Shown: in pieces, positions 17,302 to 27,700 of the stretch | Layout: each line of letters opens with the position of its first letter | Numbering within the stretch: the first letter of the stretch is position 1 | Assembly (NCBI GenBank): GCA_001189215.1 | Contig: LFCR01000004.1 | Span: forward strand, 249,635-313,634 | DNA length: 64,000 bases | Direction: 5' to 3' | From: Parcubacteria bacterium C7867-008 | GTDB lineage: Bacteria > Patescibacteriota > Minisyncoccia > Phycocordibacterales > Phycocordibacteraceae | The notes under the pieces: generated by a model | Database searches by the model: none | What the model was told of the DNA's origin: nothing | What the model saw: only the letters and a program-made list of their open reading frames with translations | Translations under genes and position numbers: made by a program

Positions 17302-19509
17302 CTACTTAGCAACCTGCACTGCTTCTTCAAAACGAACAGAAAGGAGTTTTGAAATACCGTCACTTCCCATGGTGACACCGTAGAGAATACCTGCACGACT
17401 CATGGTCTCGCGGTTGTGGGAGATAACGATGAGCTGAGACTTCTTAGCAAGGTTATCGATCATGTCTCCATAACGACGACTGTTGGCCTCATCAAGTGCT
17501 GCATCGGTCTCATCAAGGATAAGGAATGGTGGCGGGTTCACCTGACTCATTGCAAAGATCAATGCAATTGAAGTGAGCGCGCGCTCACCTCCCGAGAGTT
17601 GCATGAGAGACTGCACACGCTTCTTAGGAAGGTTTACCGAGATTTCTATACCTGCCTTGCGTGGCTTTCCTGGCTCAAGTTGTTCTCCCTCTTCATCCTC
17701 TTCTTCTGCTATGACCGTGAGCTCTTCAAGTACCAGCTTTGCACCTCCTCCTCCGAACATAAGGCTGAAGAATTCTCCGAAAGATGAGTTCACCTTGGTG
17801 AGACCTTCGCTAAAGGTTTTGTGCAGTTCGATATCAAGATCACTGATGAGGGAACGCAGACCGTCTGCTGATTTAGCGAGATCATCGAGCTCACGCGCAA
17901 GGAATGTTTCTCGTCCAACAGCTTCTTCATATTCCTTCTTCACATCTTCGGTACCTCCACCAGCTTCTTCAACACGAATCTTGAGGCGTTCCATACCCCG
18001 CTTACGTTCCTCTTGGGTACGACGATCTTCCTTGGGAAGCTCTGTTAGTTTTTCATAGGAAAGTGCGGATGAACCAGCAAGTGCTAGTACTTCCCCACGC
18101 TCTCTACTGAATTCCTCTGCAAGATAAGAGAGCTCATTCAATCGAGCATCAAGACGAGCTACGTTTGCTTCTTCAGTTGCTCGCGAGTCTGCAACCGCAA
18201 GGAGACGGTGTTGTTGCTCACGACCGGTCTCATCATAGGCAAGACGATCCTGGCGAGCGCGTTCAAGTGCAGCCCGTGCATCAGCAATAGCATCTGCAAG
18301 CTTCTGATCCTTAGCAGTAAGGGCTTCTCGCTCTGCTTCCAGCGTATATACAATATTCTCTTCTTCAATGAGATATTCGTCTGCAGGAGCAGTGAAGCGT
18401 AGAAGGAAGGCACCTATAGCACCCTTGATTGCTTCTAGAGCACCACGTAAAGCTTCATGGTCGCTTCCCTCTGCAATATCTCCTGCACGTTCAATAGAGG
18501 CCTGTAGTTGAGTAAGATCTTGTCGTGGGATCTTTACATATGGTTCTTCCTTAACCGCGTGACTACGACGCTTCGCTGAATCAAGCGCTCCCTCTACTCT
18601 TCCAATCTCACGAGAGAGCTGTGCGCGTTCTTGAGATATACGATCTAATTCGCGTTCTGCCAGTCGGACTTTCTCAACATGTTTAAGTCCTTCTGAATCA
18701 TTGTTACGATCTTCAAAGGCTTTGAGTCCTGCTTCAGCGTGTGCGAGCTTCTCACCAGCTACTTCACGTTCGCGCTTTACTCGTACACTCTCGGTATCAA
18801 GATAAAGTTCCTCAATGGCAAAGTATGTCTGACATGCCGTTGCAAGCTCACGTGCCAGTTCCTCTGCACGTTCTAGACGTTCAACCTGCTTCTTAAGGAA
18901 ACGGATGTGCGGTGCGATCTCACGACGAAGTGCTTCGACTTCTTTTACGTTTGCATCGGTACGTTCAAGCTTTCGCTCAGCTTCCTGCTTACGGAATTCA
19001 AATCCTTTAAGACCGAGCGCATCCTCGAGCATCGCACGGCGCTCACGAGGGTTCGCAAGAAGAATGCGATCTGCCTCTCCTTGAGAAATGATGTGGTGTC
19101 CGGTCTCACCTATGTTTGCTCCAGCAAGAAGTTCTTGAATATCACGAAGGCGTACCTTACTTCCGTTTAACGAGTATTCACTGGTCCCGTCACGGAATAC
19201 CGCACGCTCAATGGCTACCTCATCAAAGTCTATCTTTGGGAAGATGCGTTTGGTGTTATCGAACACAATCGCTACTGCGGCACGGTTTGCACGTGCACTC
19301 ATGTGCGTACCGCTAAAAATAAGATCTTCGCTACGCTTACCACGCATACTCTTCATAGACTGCTCTCCAAGTGCAAATCGGAATGCTTCAGCTACGTTTG
19401 ACTTACCCGAACCATTCGGCCCAACGATGGCAGTGGTTTGGTTAGAGAAATCGAGCACGGTCTTACGTGCGAAGGATTTAAAGCCTGCTATTTCAAGACG
19501 CTTCAACAT
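17302..19509 (-). CDS. SMC-like ATPase (735 aa) with SMC-type head halves but no recognisable hinge
   Basis: N-terminus MLKRLEIAGFKSFARKTVLDFSNQTTAIVGPNGSGKSNVAEAFRFALGEQSMKSMRG (Walker A). C-terminus LSGGERALTSIALIFAM...FLILDETDAALD (signature + Walker B). The middle is continuous coiled coil. Confidence 0.8.
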   Translation of the reverse strand: MLKRLEIAGFKSFARKTVLDFSNQTTAIVGPNGSGKSNVAEAFRFALGEQSMKSMRGKRSEDLIFSGTHMSARANRAAVAIVFDNTKRIFPKIDFDEVAIERAVFRDGTSEYSLNGSKVRLRDIQELLAGANIGETGHHIISQGEADRILLANPRERRAMLEDALGLKGFEFRKQEAERKLERTDANVKEVEALRREIAPHIRFLKKQVERLERAEELARELATACQTYFAIEELYLDTESVRVKREREVAGEKLAHAEAGLKAFEDRNNDSEGLKHVEKVRLAERELDRISQERAQLSREIGRVEGALDSAKRRSHAVKEEPYVKIPRQDLTQLQASIERAGDIAEGSDHEALRGALEAIKGAIGAFLLRFTAPADEYLIEEENIVYTLEAEREALTAKDQKLADAIADARAALERARQDRLAYDETGREQQHRLLAVADSRATEEANVARLDARLNELSYLAEEFSRERGEVLALAGSSALSYEKLTELPKEDRRTQEERKRGMERLKIRVEEAGGGTEDVKKEYEEAVGRETFLARELDDLAKSADGLRSLISDLDIELHKTFSEGLTKVNSSFGEFFSLMFGGGGAKLVLEELTVIAEEEDEEGEQLEPGKPRKAGIEISVNLPKKRVQSLMQLSGGERALTSIALIFAMSQVNPPPFLILDETDAALDEANSRRYGDMIDNLAKKSQLIVISHNRETMSRAGILYGVTMGSDGISKLLSVRFEEAVQVAK

Positions 19510-19589
19510 TTGTTCCAGTATACCGTATGAATAAAACGAAACCGCCCCCGTGAGGAGGCGGTTGATGAAACCTGGTACACAATGAACCC

Positions 19590-19706
19590 CTAGGACTTAG
19601 TCGCGACCAGATACCAAACAAGCAGACCTAGCAATGGCCCGGCCACTGCGGCGAAGTACGCTCCGATATGGAGTGCACGTGTATACTTTTCACTTTTGTA
19701 CTGCAC
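19590..19706 (-). CDS. Possible small membrane peptide (38 aa, GTG start)
   Basis: VQYKSEKYTRALHIGAYFAAVAGPLLGLLVWYLVATKS preceded by GGGGAG. Speculative. Confidence 0.2.
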   Translation of the reverse strand: MQYKSEKYTRALHIGAYFAAVAGPLLGLLVWYLVATKS

Positions 19707-19843
19707 ACAGAACTCCCCTGAAACTCACAAGACTGATCCTAGAGAGAAAATGAGGTATCGTCAAATATACATGCGTTGTGTGTACAACGAAACCGCTCCT
19801 TTCTTAAGGGAGCGGTCGTGGACATATACTTTTCGTGATACGT

Positions 19844-20350
19844 TCATGGGCCTTCATTAATAGAGAGCCCCTGCCTGTCGAGCCATTCCTCGACCATGGT
19901 GGCGATCTGTTGTTTGGAGTCCTGAATTGTTCGAACCGCCAGCACGATAAGCATCGCCAGATCGAAGAAGAAGATCAACCAGCCAGTAGTTTCTGGAGCT
20001 GCTATAGCCCCCCAAGCCAGGCCGTACGATATTGGGAAGGCGAACAGCAGTGATGGAAGCATGGTCTGGAGGAAGAATTGTTGCCGATCCTGGCCGGATC
20101 TCCTGAAGAAAACCACCAGTACGAAGAAACAGAGGGTGGCTATGAATGTGAGTCGCGTCTTCCATCCGAAGAGTTCGGTCGAAGTATCCAGTGTCGGATA
20201 CCCCATGGCTTTGAGTGACTGATTCAAACCTGGAAGTTCGGCTTGCACGACCAAATAGATGTGGCCAGCGACCATCGCGACGTAGAGAACGAAGCGAATG
20301 AGGAACACCCGGAGCGTGCTGAACATGACATACCCTTCTGCTCGTTCCAA
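19844..20350 (-). CDS. Hypothetical integral membrane protein (about 160 aa, 4-5 TM)
   Basis: Multiple hydrophobic segments; no motif recognised. Confidence 0.45.
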   Translation of the reverse strand: MERAEGYVMFSTLRVFLIRFVLYVAMVAGHIYLVVQAELPGLNQSLKAMGYPTLDTSTELFGWKTRLTFIATLCFFVLVVFFRRSGQDRQQFFLQTMLPSLLFAFPISYGLAWGAIAAPETTGWLIFFFDLAMLIVLAVRTIQDSKQQIATMVEEWLDRQGLSINEGP

Positions 20351-20407
20351 CGAGCGGTTAGTGTTTCAATCCAGGCGTACTCTACGAAAACTTACTGTAT
20401 GCGTCAA

Positions 20408-21097
20408 TTACCACCCGGTCTTACCAAGTGCGTTCTGTGCAGCATCTTGTTCAGCTTCCTGTTTGCTCTTTCCCTCTCCACGAGCAACTTCATCTTTATT
20501 TCCAAGGAATACTCCCACGGTGAACTTCTTATCATGATCAGGACCAACTTCTTCAAGTGTTCTGTATGAGGGAGTGACGCTGCGCTTCTCTTGCGCTGCT
20601 TCCTGGAAGCGGCTCTTTGCATCCTGCCATGCACGATTTGCTATCACTGCATCAATCTTTGGATAGAGATGTTTTGCTACGAACGCTTCCGCTGCGTCAT
20701 ATCCCTGATCGAGATAGATAGCTCCAAGAACTGCTTCAAACGCGTTTGCAAGAATAATCTGACGAGCACGACCCATATCCTTACTCTCACCTTTTGAAAG
20801 GAGGAGGAGATCGTTAAGTCCGATCGCTTCGGCAGTATCTGCAAGTGAGAAGGTGTTCACGAGTGAAGCACGGAATGCAGTGAGGTCTCCTTCTGGCTTA
20901 TTTGGAAACTTAAGGAAAAGGAAGTGGGTCGTGGCAAGCTCAAGTACCGCGTCTCCAAGGAACTCAAGGCGCTCATTATGTGCCTTTGCTGTCTTATGTT
21001 CGTTTAGGTACGAACGATGCGTAAGCGCCTCCTCGAGGAACTCTAGGTTATTGAATGTAAGGCCAAGGTGGCCTGCTGCTGCGCTGAAATCAGCCAT
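20408..21097 (-). CDS. rnc: Ribonuclease III
   Basis: Signature HNERLEFLGDAVLEL plus a C-terminal dsRBD. Confidence 0.93.
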   Translation of the reverse strand: MADFSAAAGHLGLTFNNLEFLEEALTHRSYLNEHKTAKAHNERLEFLGDAVLELATTHFLFLKFPNKPEGDLTAFRASLVNTFSLADTAEAIGLNDLLLLSKGESKDMGRARQIILANAFEAVLGAIYLDQGYDAAEAFVAKHLYPKIDAVIANRAWQDAKSRFQEAAQEKRSVTPSYRTLEEVGPDHDKKFTVGVFLGNKDEVARGEGKSKQEAEQDAAQNALGKTGW

Positions 21098-21190
21098 ATA
21101 GGTGCAGGGTATCTAAAATTACCAAAATGTCCATTAAATCCCTATCAATATCTTACGGGGATTTGATCGCTTATTTCGTACCATCCTGTG

Positions 21191-21260
21191 GCTGGCGGCT
21201 CGGTGTGAGGGGAAAAGATTGGTACCTTTATCCTCGAAGGTTCGATTCCTTCCGCCAGCG
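21191..21260 (+). ncRNA. tRNA-like element or pseudo-tRNA: perfect acceptor stem and T-arm, aberrant D-arm
   Basis: GCTGGCG...GAAGG-TTCGATT-CCTTC-CGCCAGC-G. A possible anticodon arm AAAAG-ATTGGTA-CCTTT (anticodon TGG) has one mismatch. The D-region does not fold canonically, and total length is 70 nt. Confidence 0.35.
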
Positions 21261-21380
21261 CAAATAGATTTTGACAGGTTATTATTTTGAGAATAGTATA
21301 TCTAAGTACCAGTCTTCTCAGCACGCTGAGCGAGGATAAAGGAAAGGAAAACGGCCCACGGGCCGTTTTCCTTTTAATAA

Positions 21381-22295
21381 CTATGCGTGCACTTTTTTCT
21401 TTGCACTAGAACGATCCAGAAGTTTCTGTACCGCTGCCGTTACGATCGGAAGCATGTCGTCATAGAAATTGAGATCAAGTATGTCCTGTAGGCGAAACCA
21501 CTTAGCGTCATCAAGACCTCCACTCTTCTTAAGCGTGAGTGTTTCGAACGGAGCTTTCACGAGATAGAAATATACGTGCTTACGAACTTTTCCCTTTTCA
21601 GGATGTGATGCGATGTATTCGTTCTCACCAACCATGTCTTCTACCGTTCCCTCTACATCAAGCTCTTCCTTTACCACACGCTTAACACCCTCTTCTGGTG
21701 AAGGGTCTGTCTCAATATGCCCTTTAGATAGAGTCCATCGTCCGAAGACATCGTGTACCAACGCTAAATAGTACTGACCCTCATGTTCTGCATAGATGAT
21801 GCCTCCACCAAGTTTCTCTAGAGGGAGATTCTCACGCTTAACCTTCTCCTTCTTTCCGGTCTCATCCTTACCTGGTTCACCCATTTCTTTGTATACGGCA
21901 CCCAGTACACCATTTACGAAACGGCCTGATGATTCTCCACCAAATACTTTAGCGAGTTCAATGGCTTCGTTAATTGCTACCTTCGCTGGAACCTGCGTAC
22001 GGTCTGCAAAGAGAAGTTCGAATAGACCTATACGGAGAATGTTTCGGTCTACCGGAGCAATCTTATCAATGGGCCAGTCTGGTGCGGCTTTCTCAATAAC
22101 GAGATCGAGGTCTGCACGCTTTGCGATAACACCCGTGAGGAGAGTTTCCATAAATACCTTGTCCGTATCTTCACCGCCGAATTCTTCGACGTTGCGGGTA
22201 AGCATGTCGGGTACGGTCGACTCATCAGCATGGGAAGTATCCCACTCGAAGAGTGTCTGTAGTACGACTGAACGGGCTAGGTGGCGGTTGGCCAT
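21381..22295 (-). CDS. nusB: NusB antitermination factor fused to a C-terminal NUDIX hydrolase domain (ORF opens at 22337)
   Basis: N-terminal NusB family (MANRHLARSVVLQTLFEWD...). C-terminal Nudix box GHIETDPSPEEGVKRVVKEELDVEG within a roughly 130-aa Nudix fold. Confidence 0.75.
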   Translation of the reverse strand: MANRHLARSVVLQTLFEWDTSHADESTVPDMLTRNVEEFGGEDTDKVFMETLLTGVIAKRADLDLVIEKAAPDWPIDKIAPVDRNILRIGLFELLFADRTQVPAKVAINEAIELAKVFGGESSGRFVNGVLGAVYKEMGEPGKDETGKKEKVKRENLPLEKLGGGIIYAEHEGQYYLALVHDVFGRWTLSKGHIETDPSPEEGVKRVVKEELDVEGTVEDMVGENEYIASHPEKGKVRKHVYFYLVKAPFETLTLKKSGGLDDAKWFRLQDILDLNFYDDMLPIVTAAVQKLLDRSSAKKKVHA

Positions 22296-22380
22296 ATGGA
22301 AAGAGCTATATTCGTAGCGTACGTTAAACAACAACACCGCGCAATGGCGCGGTGTTGTGCATAACTATTTATGTACGGGC

Positions 22381-22737
22381 TTAGTTTCCTGCACCTCCTC
22401 CGAAACCAGAACGACTCTTTGCCTTACCGAGAGTCATACGACCCATGAGTCCTTCCTTCTTCACTTCCTTATCTGAATGGATCGGCTCCTTCACACCTTC
22501 TGCGTGAATGTGCTCCTTCTTATGCTTCTCAACTTTCTTATCATGCTTTGCTTCACGTTTGATAACCTTTGGAGAAATGATTTGCTTGCCACGGTACATA
22601 CCGGTGGTCTCATCAAGGCGGTGTGGGAGGCGAAGTGCGCCTGATTCCTTGTCTGTGACAAGGTTAGTGCCCGCAAGCGCATGATGGCTGCGGCGATTCT
22701 TAGTATGGGAACTGGTGTGGCGCATTCGTACTGACAT
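22381..22737 (-). CDS. rpmF: 50S ribosomal protein L32 with long Lys/His-rich C-terminal extension (ORF opens at 22812)
   Basis: MSVRMRHTSSHTKNRRSHHALAGTN...LPHRLDETTGMYRGKQI matches bL32. About 60 extra residues follow (KREAKHDKKVEKHKKEHIHAEG...). Confidence 0.8.
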   Translation of the reverse strand: MSVRMRHTSSHTKNRRSHHALAGTNLVTDKESGALRLPHRLDETTGMYRGKQIISPKVIKREAKHDKKVEKHKKEHIHAEGVKEPIHSDKEVKKEGLMGRMTLGKAKSRSGFGGGAGN

Positions 22738-22916
22738 AAGGAATACCCTACCACAGGGCCTTAAAAAAGCAAAAGCACCGCCTATCCCTTGCCTATTTCG
22801 TACTCCAGGCACACTATTAAAGGGTCGCGAAGGACTGGCGGCTTAACCCGACTTTCTGGACCGGCAAAGAGTCGGACGTGTACTGTCCTTTTGATAAATC
22901 AGCTTGGGGAAAGTTG

Positions 22917-23030
22917 ATGACATTGAATCAATCGATCCTGAACTTCCTGATCTTTGTCTGGAGCCTGATCTTCGGCCAAAGGCGGGTCACTGACCGGACG
23001 CACCATCCTGCCGAAGGATTTGCGTAAGAC
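22917..23030 (+). CDS. Possible small hydrophobic peptide (37 aa)
   Basis: MTLNQSILNFLIFVWSLIFGQRRVTDRTHHPAEGFA with GGGGAA upstream; lies upstream of a plus-strand terminator. Speculative. Confidence 0.2.
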
Positions 23031-23102
23031 ACCAATACGACCTGAACCGCGCGCTGAATGCGCATGATGGTTCAGAAGGGCACTGACCGAGTCAGTCGCC
23101 AT

Positions 23103-23146
23103 GGGCCGGCAGCACCACTTCGCTGCCGGCCCTTCCCTTTTATATT
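23103..23146 (+). terminator. Strong intrinsic terminator on the plus strand in an otherwise unannotated region
   Basis: gggccggcagc-accacttc-gctgccggccc followed by ttcccttttatatt. Confidence 0.65.
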
Positions 23147-23476
23147 GAAACAAAGAAGAACGCCGCCCGGGAAACCCCGAGGCGTCGTCGTTGCAGGGAG
23201 GCCCTGCAGAATTAGTGGACCTTATCCGGTCCAGCGCATTTGCGCGCTTCGTGCTGTGAGAGGAGATTGACCCCTCTACCATCTTCCCTTTCACAGCAGA
23301 AGATTTGGGTGTTCCCACTGGAATACCCGTGTTTGGCTCGACGACAGATCGAACCGTCTCCCAGAACACATCGGACAGACGTCACCGAGTGCGACACCTG
23401 AACTTCTTGACTCAAAGTCGTCATAGAAACCTCTTCCCCATTGAACTCACGAGCACAAGCCGTCAGCGTAGCTCCC

Positions 23477-24067
23477 TTATGACTGAGGGTCAAGGTGTAC
23501 GAATGAAGTGCGGTGGATAGCACAGAGACCATGCTCACGTACTGCTGTCATATGAGCCTTTGTTCCATAGCCTTTATGTATATCGAATCCGTATAAAGGG
23601 TGCTCAAGTGCGAGCTTTTTCATTAAACGATCGCGCGTAACTTTTGCAGCTACAGATGCCAACATAATTGCAGGGACGGTTGCATCTCCACCGATGATTG
23701 TTTCTTGTTCATATTCGGGAGGTGCCTTTAATGAACCATCGAGAAATACTTTTCCTTCTGCGGGGTCTGGCATTAGTTTGCGCACCCCACGACCAAGGGC
23801 ATGACGAATCGCAAACGCAATTCCCTTCTCATCGATCATTTTCTCACTTGAGAGACAAACGACCGCTTGTACGTTTCCGTTCTTAATTTCTTCCTGAAGT
23901 TTTAAAAATAATGCTTCACGTTTTTTCTCTGAAAGTTTCTTTGAGTCGTTAAGCCCTGGGAATACTGAAAGCAGGTCAAAGCCTTCTGCAACTTTAACAA
24001 CACCCACAGCAACCGGACCCGCTAATGGACCGCGCCCTGCTTCATCGATGCCAATTATATAAGCCAT
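23477..24067 (-). CDS. rnhB: Ribonuclease HII
   Basis: MAYIIGIDEAGRGPLAGPVAV...DDSKKLSEKKRE, typical RNase HII. Confidence 0.9.
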   Translation of the reverse strand: MAYIIGIDEAGRGPLAGPVAVGVVKVAEGFDLLSVFPGLNDSKKLSEKKREALFLKLQEEIKNGNVQAVVCLSSEKMIDEKGIAFAIRHALGRGVRKLMPDPAEGKVFLDGSLKAPPEYEQETIIGGDATVPAIMLASVAAKVTRDRLMKKLALEHPLYGFDIHKGYGTKAHMTAVREHGLCAIHRTSFVHLDPQS

Positions 24068-24678
24068 GGTTCTTCGAATCGTAACCCTGGCCATTTGCTG
24101 AACCAACCTTTAGATTCCGCACGTTCGAGTGCGCGAGCTCTGCGTTCAATCCGTATTGGTCTAACAATTCCATTACCTAGATCTTCAATACCGTGAACCG
24201 CGAGCAATAAGAGCGAGCCTTCCTCAGTAGTACGAACACCAACGCTTGTGGCAGTCTCGACCCAATCTCCGATCGCTTCAGCAGCAGAGTTGTAAGGTTG
24301 TCGTTCAAAATCTCCTAGTTTTGAAATATGCATGCGTGCCTGATTCTTTACCTCGAACTCGTACTCAGGAAGTATTCGCCGTAGTTTTTCAGAAAGCTTA
24401 TTTTCTTCGTCCCACACAGGATTCGACTCTTCTTTTTGTATTAGTTCCAGAATTTCTGATTCAGGCATTCCGTATTCTGAGAGTGATTTCCAGTAGGCCA
24501 CATCAACATCATTAAGTTTCGTTGGTATGTCATTACCAAAAAGATGTTCCCATACCTTATTTCTAACAAAGCCCGCACCCACCCACCAATCTGTGAGATT
24601 GAGGCTTGAAACGGCCTTTATTATGATCATCCGCTCTGCATCGTTCTGTATTAGGTCTAGGATTTCCTGCTCAGACAT
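24055..24678 (-). CDS. Putative nucleotidyltransferase-fold protein (207 aa)
   Basis: GAGFVRNKVWEHL...DVDVAYW resembles a minimal nucleotidyltransferase motif. Family not resolved. Confidence 0.4.
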   Translation of the reverse strand: MSEQEILDLIQNDAERMIIIKAVSSLNLTDWWVGAGFVRNKVWEHLFGNDIPTKLNDVDVAYWKSLSEYGMPESEILELIQKEESNPVWDEENKLSEKLRRILPEYEFEVKNQARMHISKLGDFERQPYNSAAEAIGDWVETATSVGVRTTEEGSLLLLAVHGIEDLGNGIVRPIRIERRARALERAESKGWFSKWPGLRFEEPWLI

Positions 24679-24720
24679 ACACGGATTTTATCATTACGAG
24701 CCGGTCGGTATAATGGCTGT

Positions 24721-27700
24721 ATGTCCCGCTTCGTTCACCTCCACACCCACTCCCACTACTCCTTCTTGGAGGCGCTCCCTAAGATCCCAGATCTTGTTAA
24801 GAAAGCAGCCGAAGCTGAGATGCCCGCACTTGCTCTCACTGATTCTGGCAACATGCATGGAGCTGTTGAGTTCTATAAAGCAATGCAGAAGAAAGGTATG
24901 AATCCAATACTTGGTGTTGATGCGCACGTTGCACCTCGTACCCGGCATGATAAGGATCCACATCTTGATGCGAAACGTACACGCATTGTGTTGCTCGCAG
25001 AAAATGACGAGGGATATAAGAATCTGTTGAAGTTAGTGAGCCTTGCATATACAGAAGGATTCTTTGAGAAACCTCGTGTCGATCGTGAGCTTCTTAGAAA
25101 ACATTCAGCCGGTCTGATTGCGATCATTCCATCCTTTGCTGGTGATGTTGCTCGTCTACTTGCGTCTGGAGATGCAAATGGTGCCGCAGCGGCACTTGCA
25201 GAGTATGTGAGTATTTTTGGTACAGAGAATTTGTTCTTGGAGATAACGCATCATCCTAAGGTACCGGGGCACGAGGACCGCATGAAGAAGATAATTGCAC
25301 TTGGTAAGAGTGCTGGTGTTGAAGTGGTGGCACAGCATGACGTCTACTATCTCAAACCGGACGATCGTGAAGCAACAGAAGTGATGCGTCGTATTGCGTA
25401 TGGAAGTCGTGGACAGAATGAGGAGGAAGATTTCTCTTTTGTAACGGAGAAACAAATGAATGAATGGTTCGCACACATACCAGATGCCGTTACTCGTTCT
25501 GGAGATATTGCTGCACGCTGCAAGGTAACCCTTGATCTTGGTAGCTGGAACTTCCCTAATGTTCAAATCCCGGAAGGAACCACGCATGAAGGAGAGCTGC
25601 GTAAGAAGACCATGGATGGTCTCTCTATGCGTGGCATGGAACTTACGGAAGAAGTTAAACAGCGTATGGAATACGAGCTGGAAATCATCATTGGTAAGGG
25701 CTTTGCACCATACTTCCTCTGTGTATCTGATCTTCTTACTCACGCTAAGAGCAAGGGTATTCTCACCACCACTCGAGGCTCTGCCGCAGGCTCACTCGTG
25801 TCATACCTCACCGGTATAACCAACGTAGATCCGATCGCATACAAACTTCCCTTCGAACGTTTCCTTAATCCAGAACGTCCCAAAGCACCGGATATCGATA
25901 TGGACTTCGCCGACAACAGGCGTGACGAAATGATTGCGTACGCAAAGGAGAAGTATGGAGAGGATCACGTGGCGCAGATCGGTACGTTCGGAACGATGAT
26001 GGCGCGCGCTGCGGTGCGTGATGTGAGTCGGGCACTCGGGCATGCATACGGAACGGGTGATCGTATTGCAAAGCTCATTCCTATGGGCTCACAAGGCTTC
26101 CCTATGACTATCAAGCGTGCCATGGAGATGGAGCCGGAACTCAAGTCTCTATATGAAGGTGATGACGATGTTAGAGAAATAATTGATCTAGCAACACGTA
26201 TCGAAGGATGTGCCCGGCATACTGGTGTACATGCTGCGGGCGTGGTTATCGCGCCCACTCCTCTAACCGACTGGACTCCCCTCCAGGTTGACCAGCGAAC
26301 CGGCAAACTTATTACGCAGTACGACATGCATGCCGTTGAGGAAGCAGGCCTCCTTAAGTTCGACTTCCTTGGTATCAAGAACTTAGCGATTCTCTCCGAT
26401 GCTATTGATCGTGTGCGTGAGACGCGTGGCATGTACATCGATATTGAAACCATTCCGGTAGATGACGAAAAGACCTTCGCTATGCTCGCACGTGGAGACA
26501 CCGAAGGCCTCTTCCAATTAAACGGCTCTGGCATGACGCGCTATCTCAAGGAGCTTCGTCCAACGACCATTCACGACATCAACGCAATGGTAGCGCTCTA
26601 TCGTCCAGGACCTATGGACGTGATTCCTGAATATATTCAAAGAAAAAACAATCCGAAACTTATAAGGTACCTAGATCCACGCATGGAGAAATTCCTTGAT
26701 GCGTCGTACGGACTGTTGGTGTATCAGGACGACCTTTTGTACTGCGCCGTGTATCTTGCAGGATACTCATGGGGAGACGTAGACAAATTCCGTAAGGCAA
26801 TCGGAAAGAAGATTCCTGCGGAAATGGCTGCACAGAAGGAACAGTTTGTTGAAGGAATCATCTCTAATGGACGGGACAAGGCCTTTGCAGAAAAGTTGTG
26901 GTTGCTGTTTGAACCCTTTCAGGCATACGGTTTCAACAAAGCCCATGCAGCGTGCTATGGAAAAGTGGCATACCAGACGGCATATATGAAGGCGAACTAC
27001 CCAGTCGAATACATGGCTGCGGTACTGACCGCTGACGCTGGGGACACTGAGTCCATCGCCATCTTTGTTGAAGAATGTGAACGTCTTGGTATTCCCGTGC
27101 TGCCTCCCGATATAAATGAAAGTGGTACCGACTTCACTGTGGTAGCAAGTACTGAAGGAGGTCCGATAGACGCGATTCGTTTTGGTCTCACCACTATCAA
27201 GAACTTTGGTGAAGGAATCTCAGAAGCCATTCTCTCTGAGCGCATGAAGGGTGGTCCGTTCAATTCACTAGCAGAGTTCTTATCTCGCGTGGCAAACAAG
27301 AGTCTTAATAGAAAGTCTTTGGAATCGCTCATTAAGTGTGGGGCACTTGATCGCTTTGGTGAACGTAGTGATCTTCTACGAAATATTGAAACGCTTCTTG
27401 CCTTTCATCGTGATGCAACGGCCGAGGCACCCCAGGATTCTTTATTTGGTGGCATGATGGCAGCTCCCGTACTCGTTCTTCCACCTGCAACCGAAAGCAC
27501 CTCTCTTTCAGAAATGCTTATCTGGGAAAAAGATCTTCTTGGTATTTATGTTTCGGGTCATCCTCTTGATGCACACGAAGCATCCCTTGCTAAAGCAAGC
27601 GGTTCAATCGCAACGCTTAAAGCTGAAGCACAGGCAGGGCGTCCCGTTATATTGCCAGTTCTCCTTATTGAGATTCGCACTCTCCTCACAAAGAAAGGAG

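Noticed and set aside
22790-23150. RNase P RNA / tmRNA / SRP RNA candidate
   Set aside because: Searched by eye for P4 (AGGAAAGUCCGGGCUC), the GGUGAAA box, tmRNA TTCGAC start and SRP domain IV motifs. None were present beyond short chance matches. Left as an unclassified region instead.
22899-23538. Minus-strand ORFs of 156 and 108 aa between rpmF and rnhB
   Set aside because: Low-complexity S/R/P-rich translations with no motif resembling YceD/DUF177 or anything else. They overlap a plus-strand terminator.
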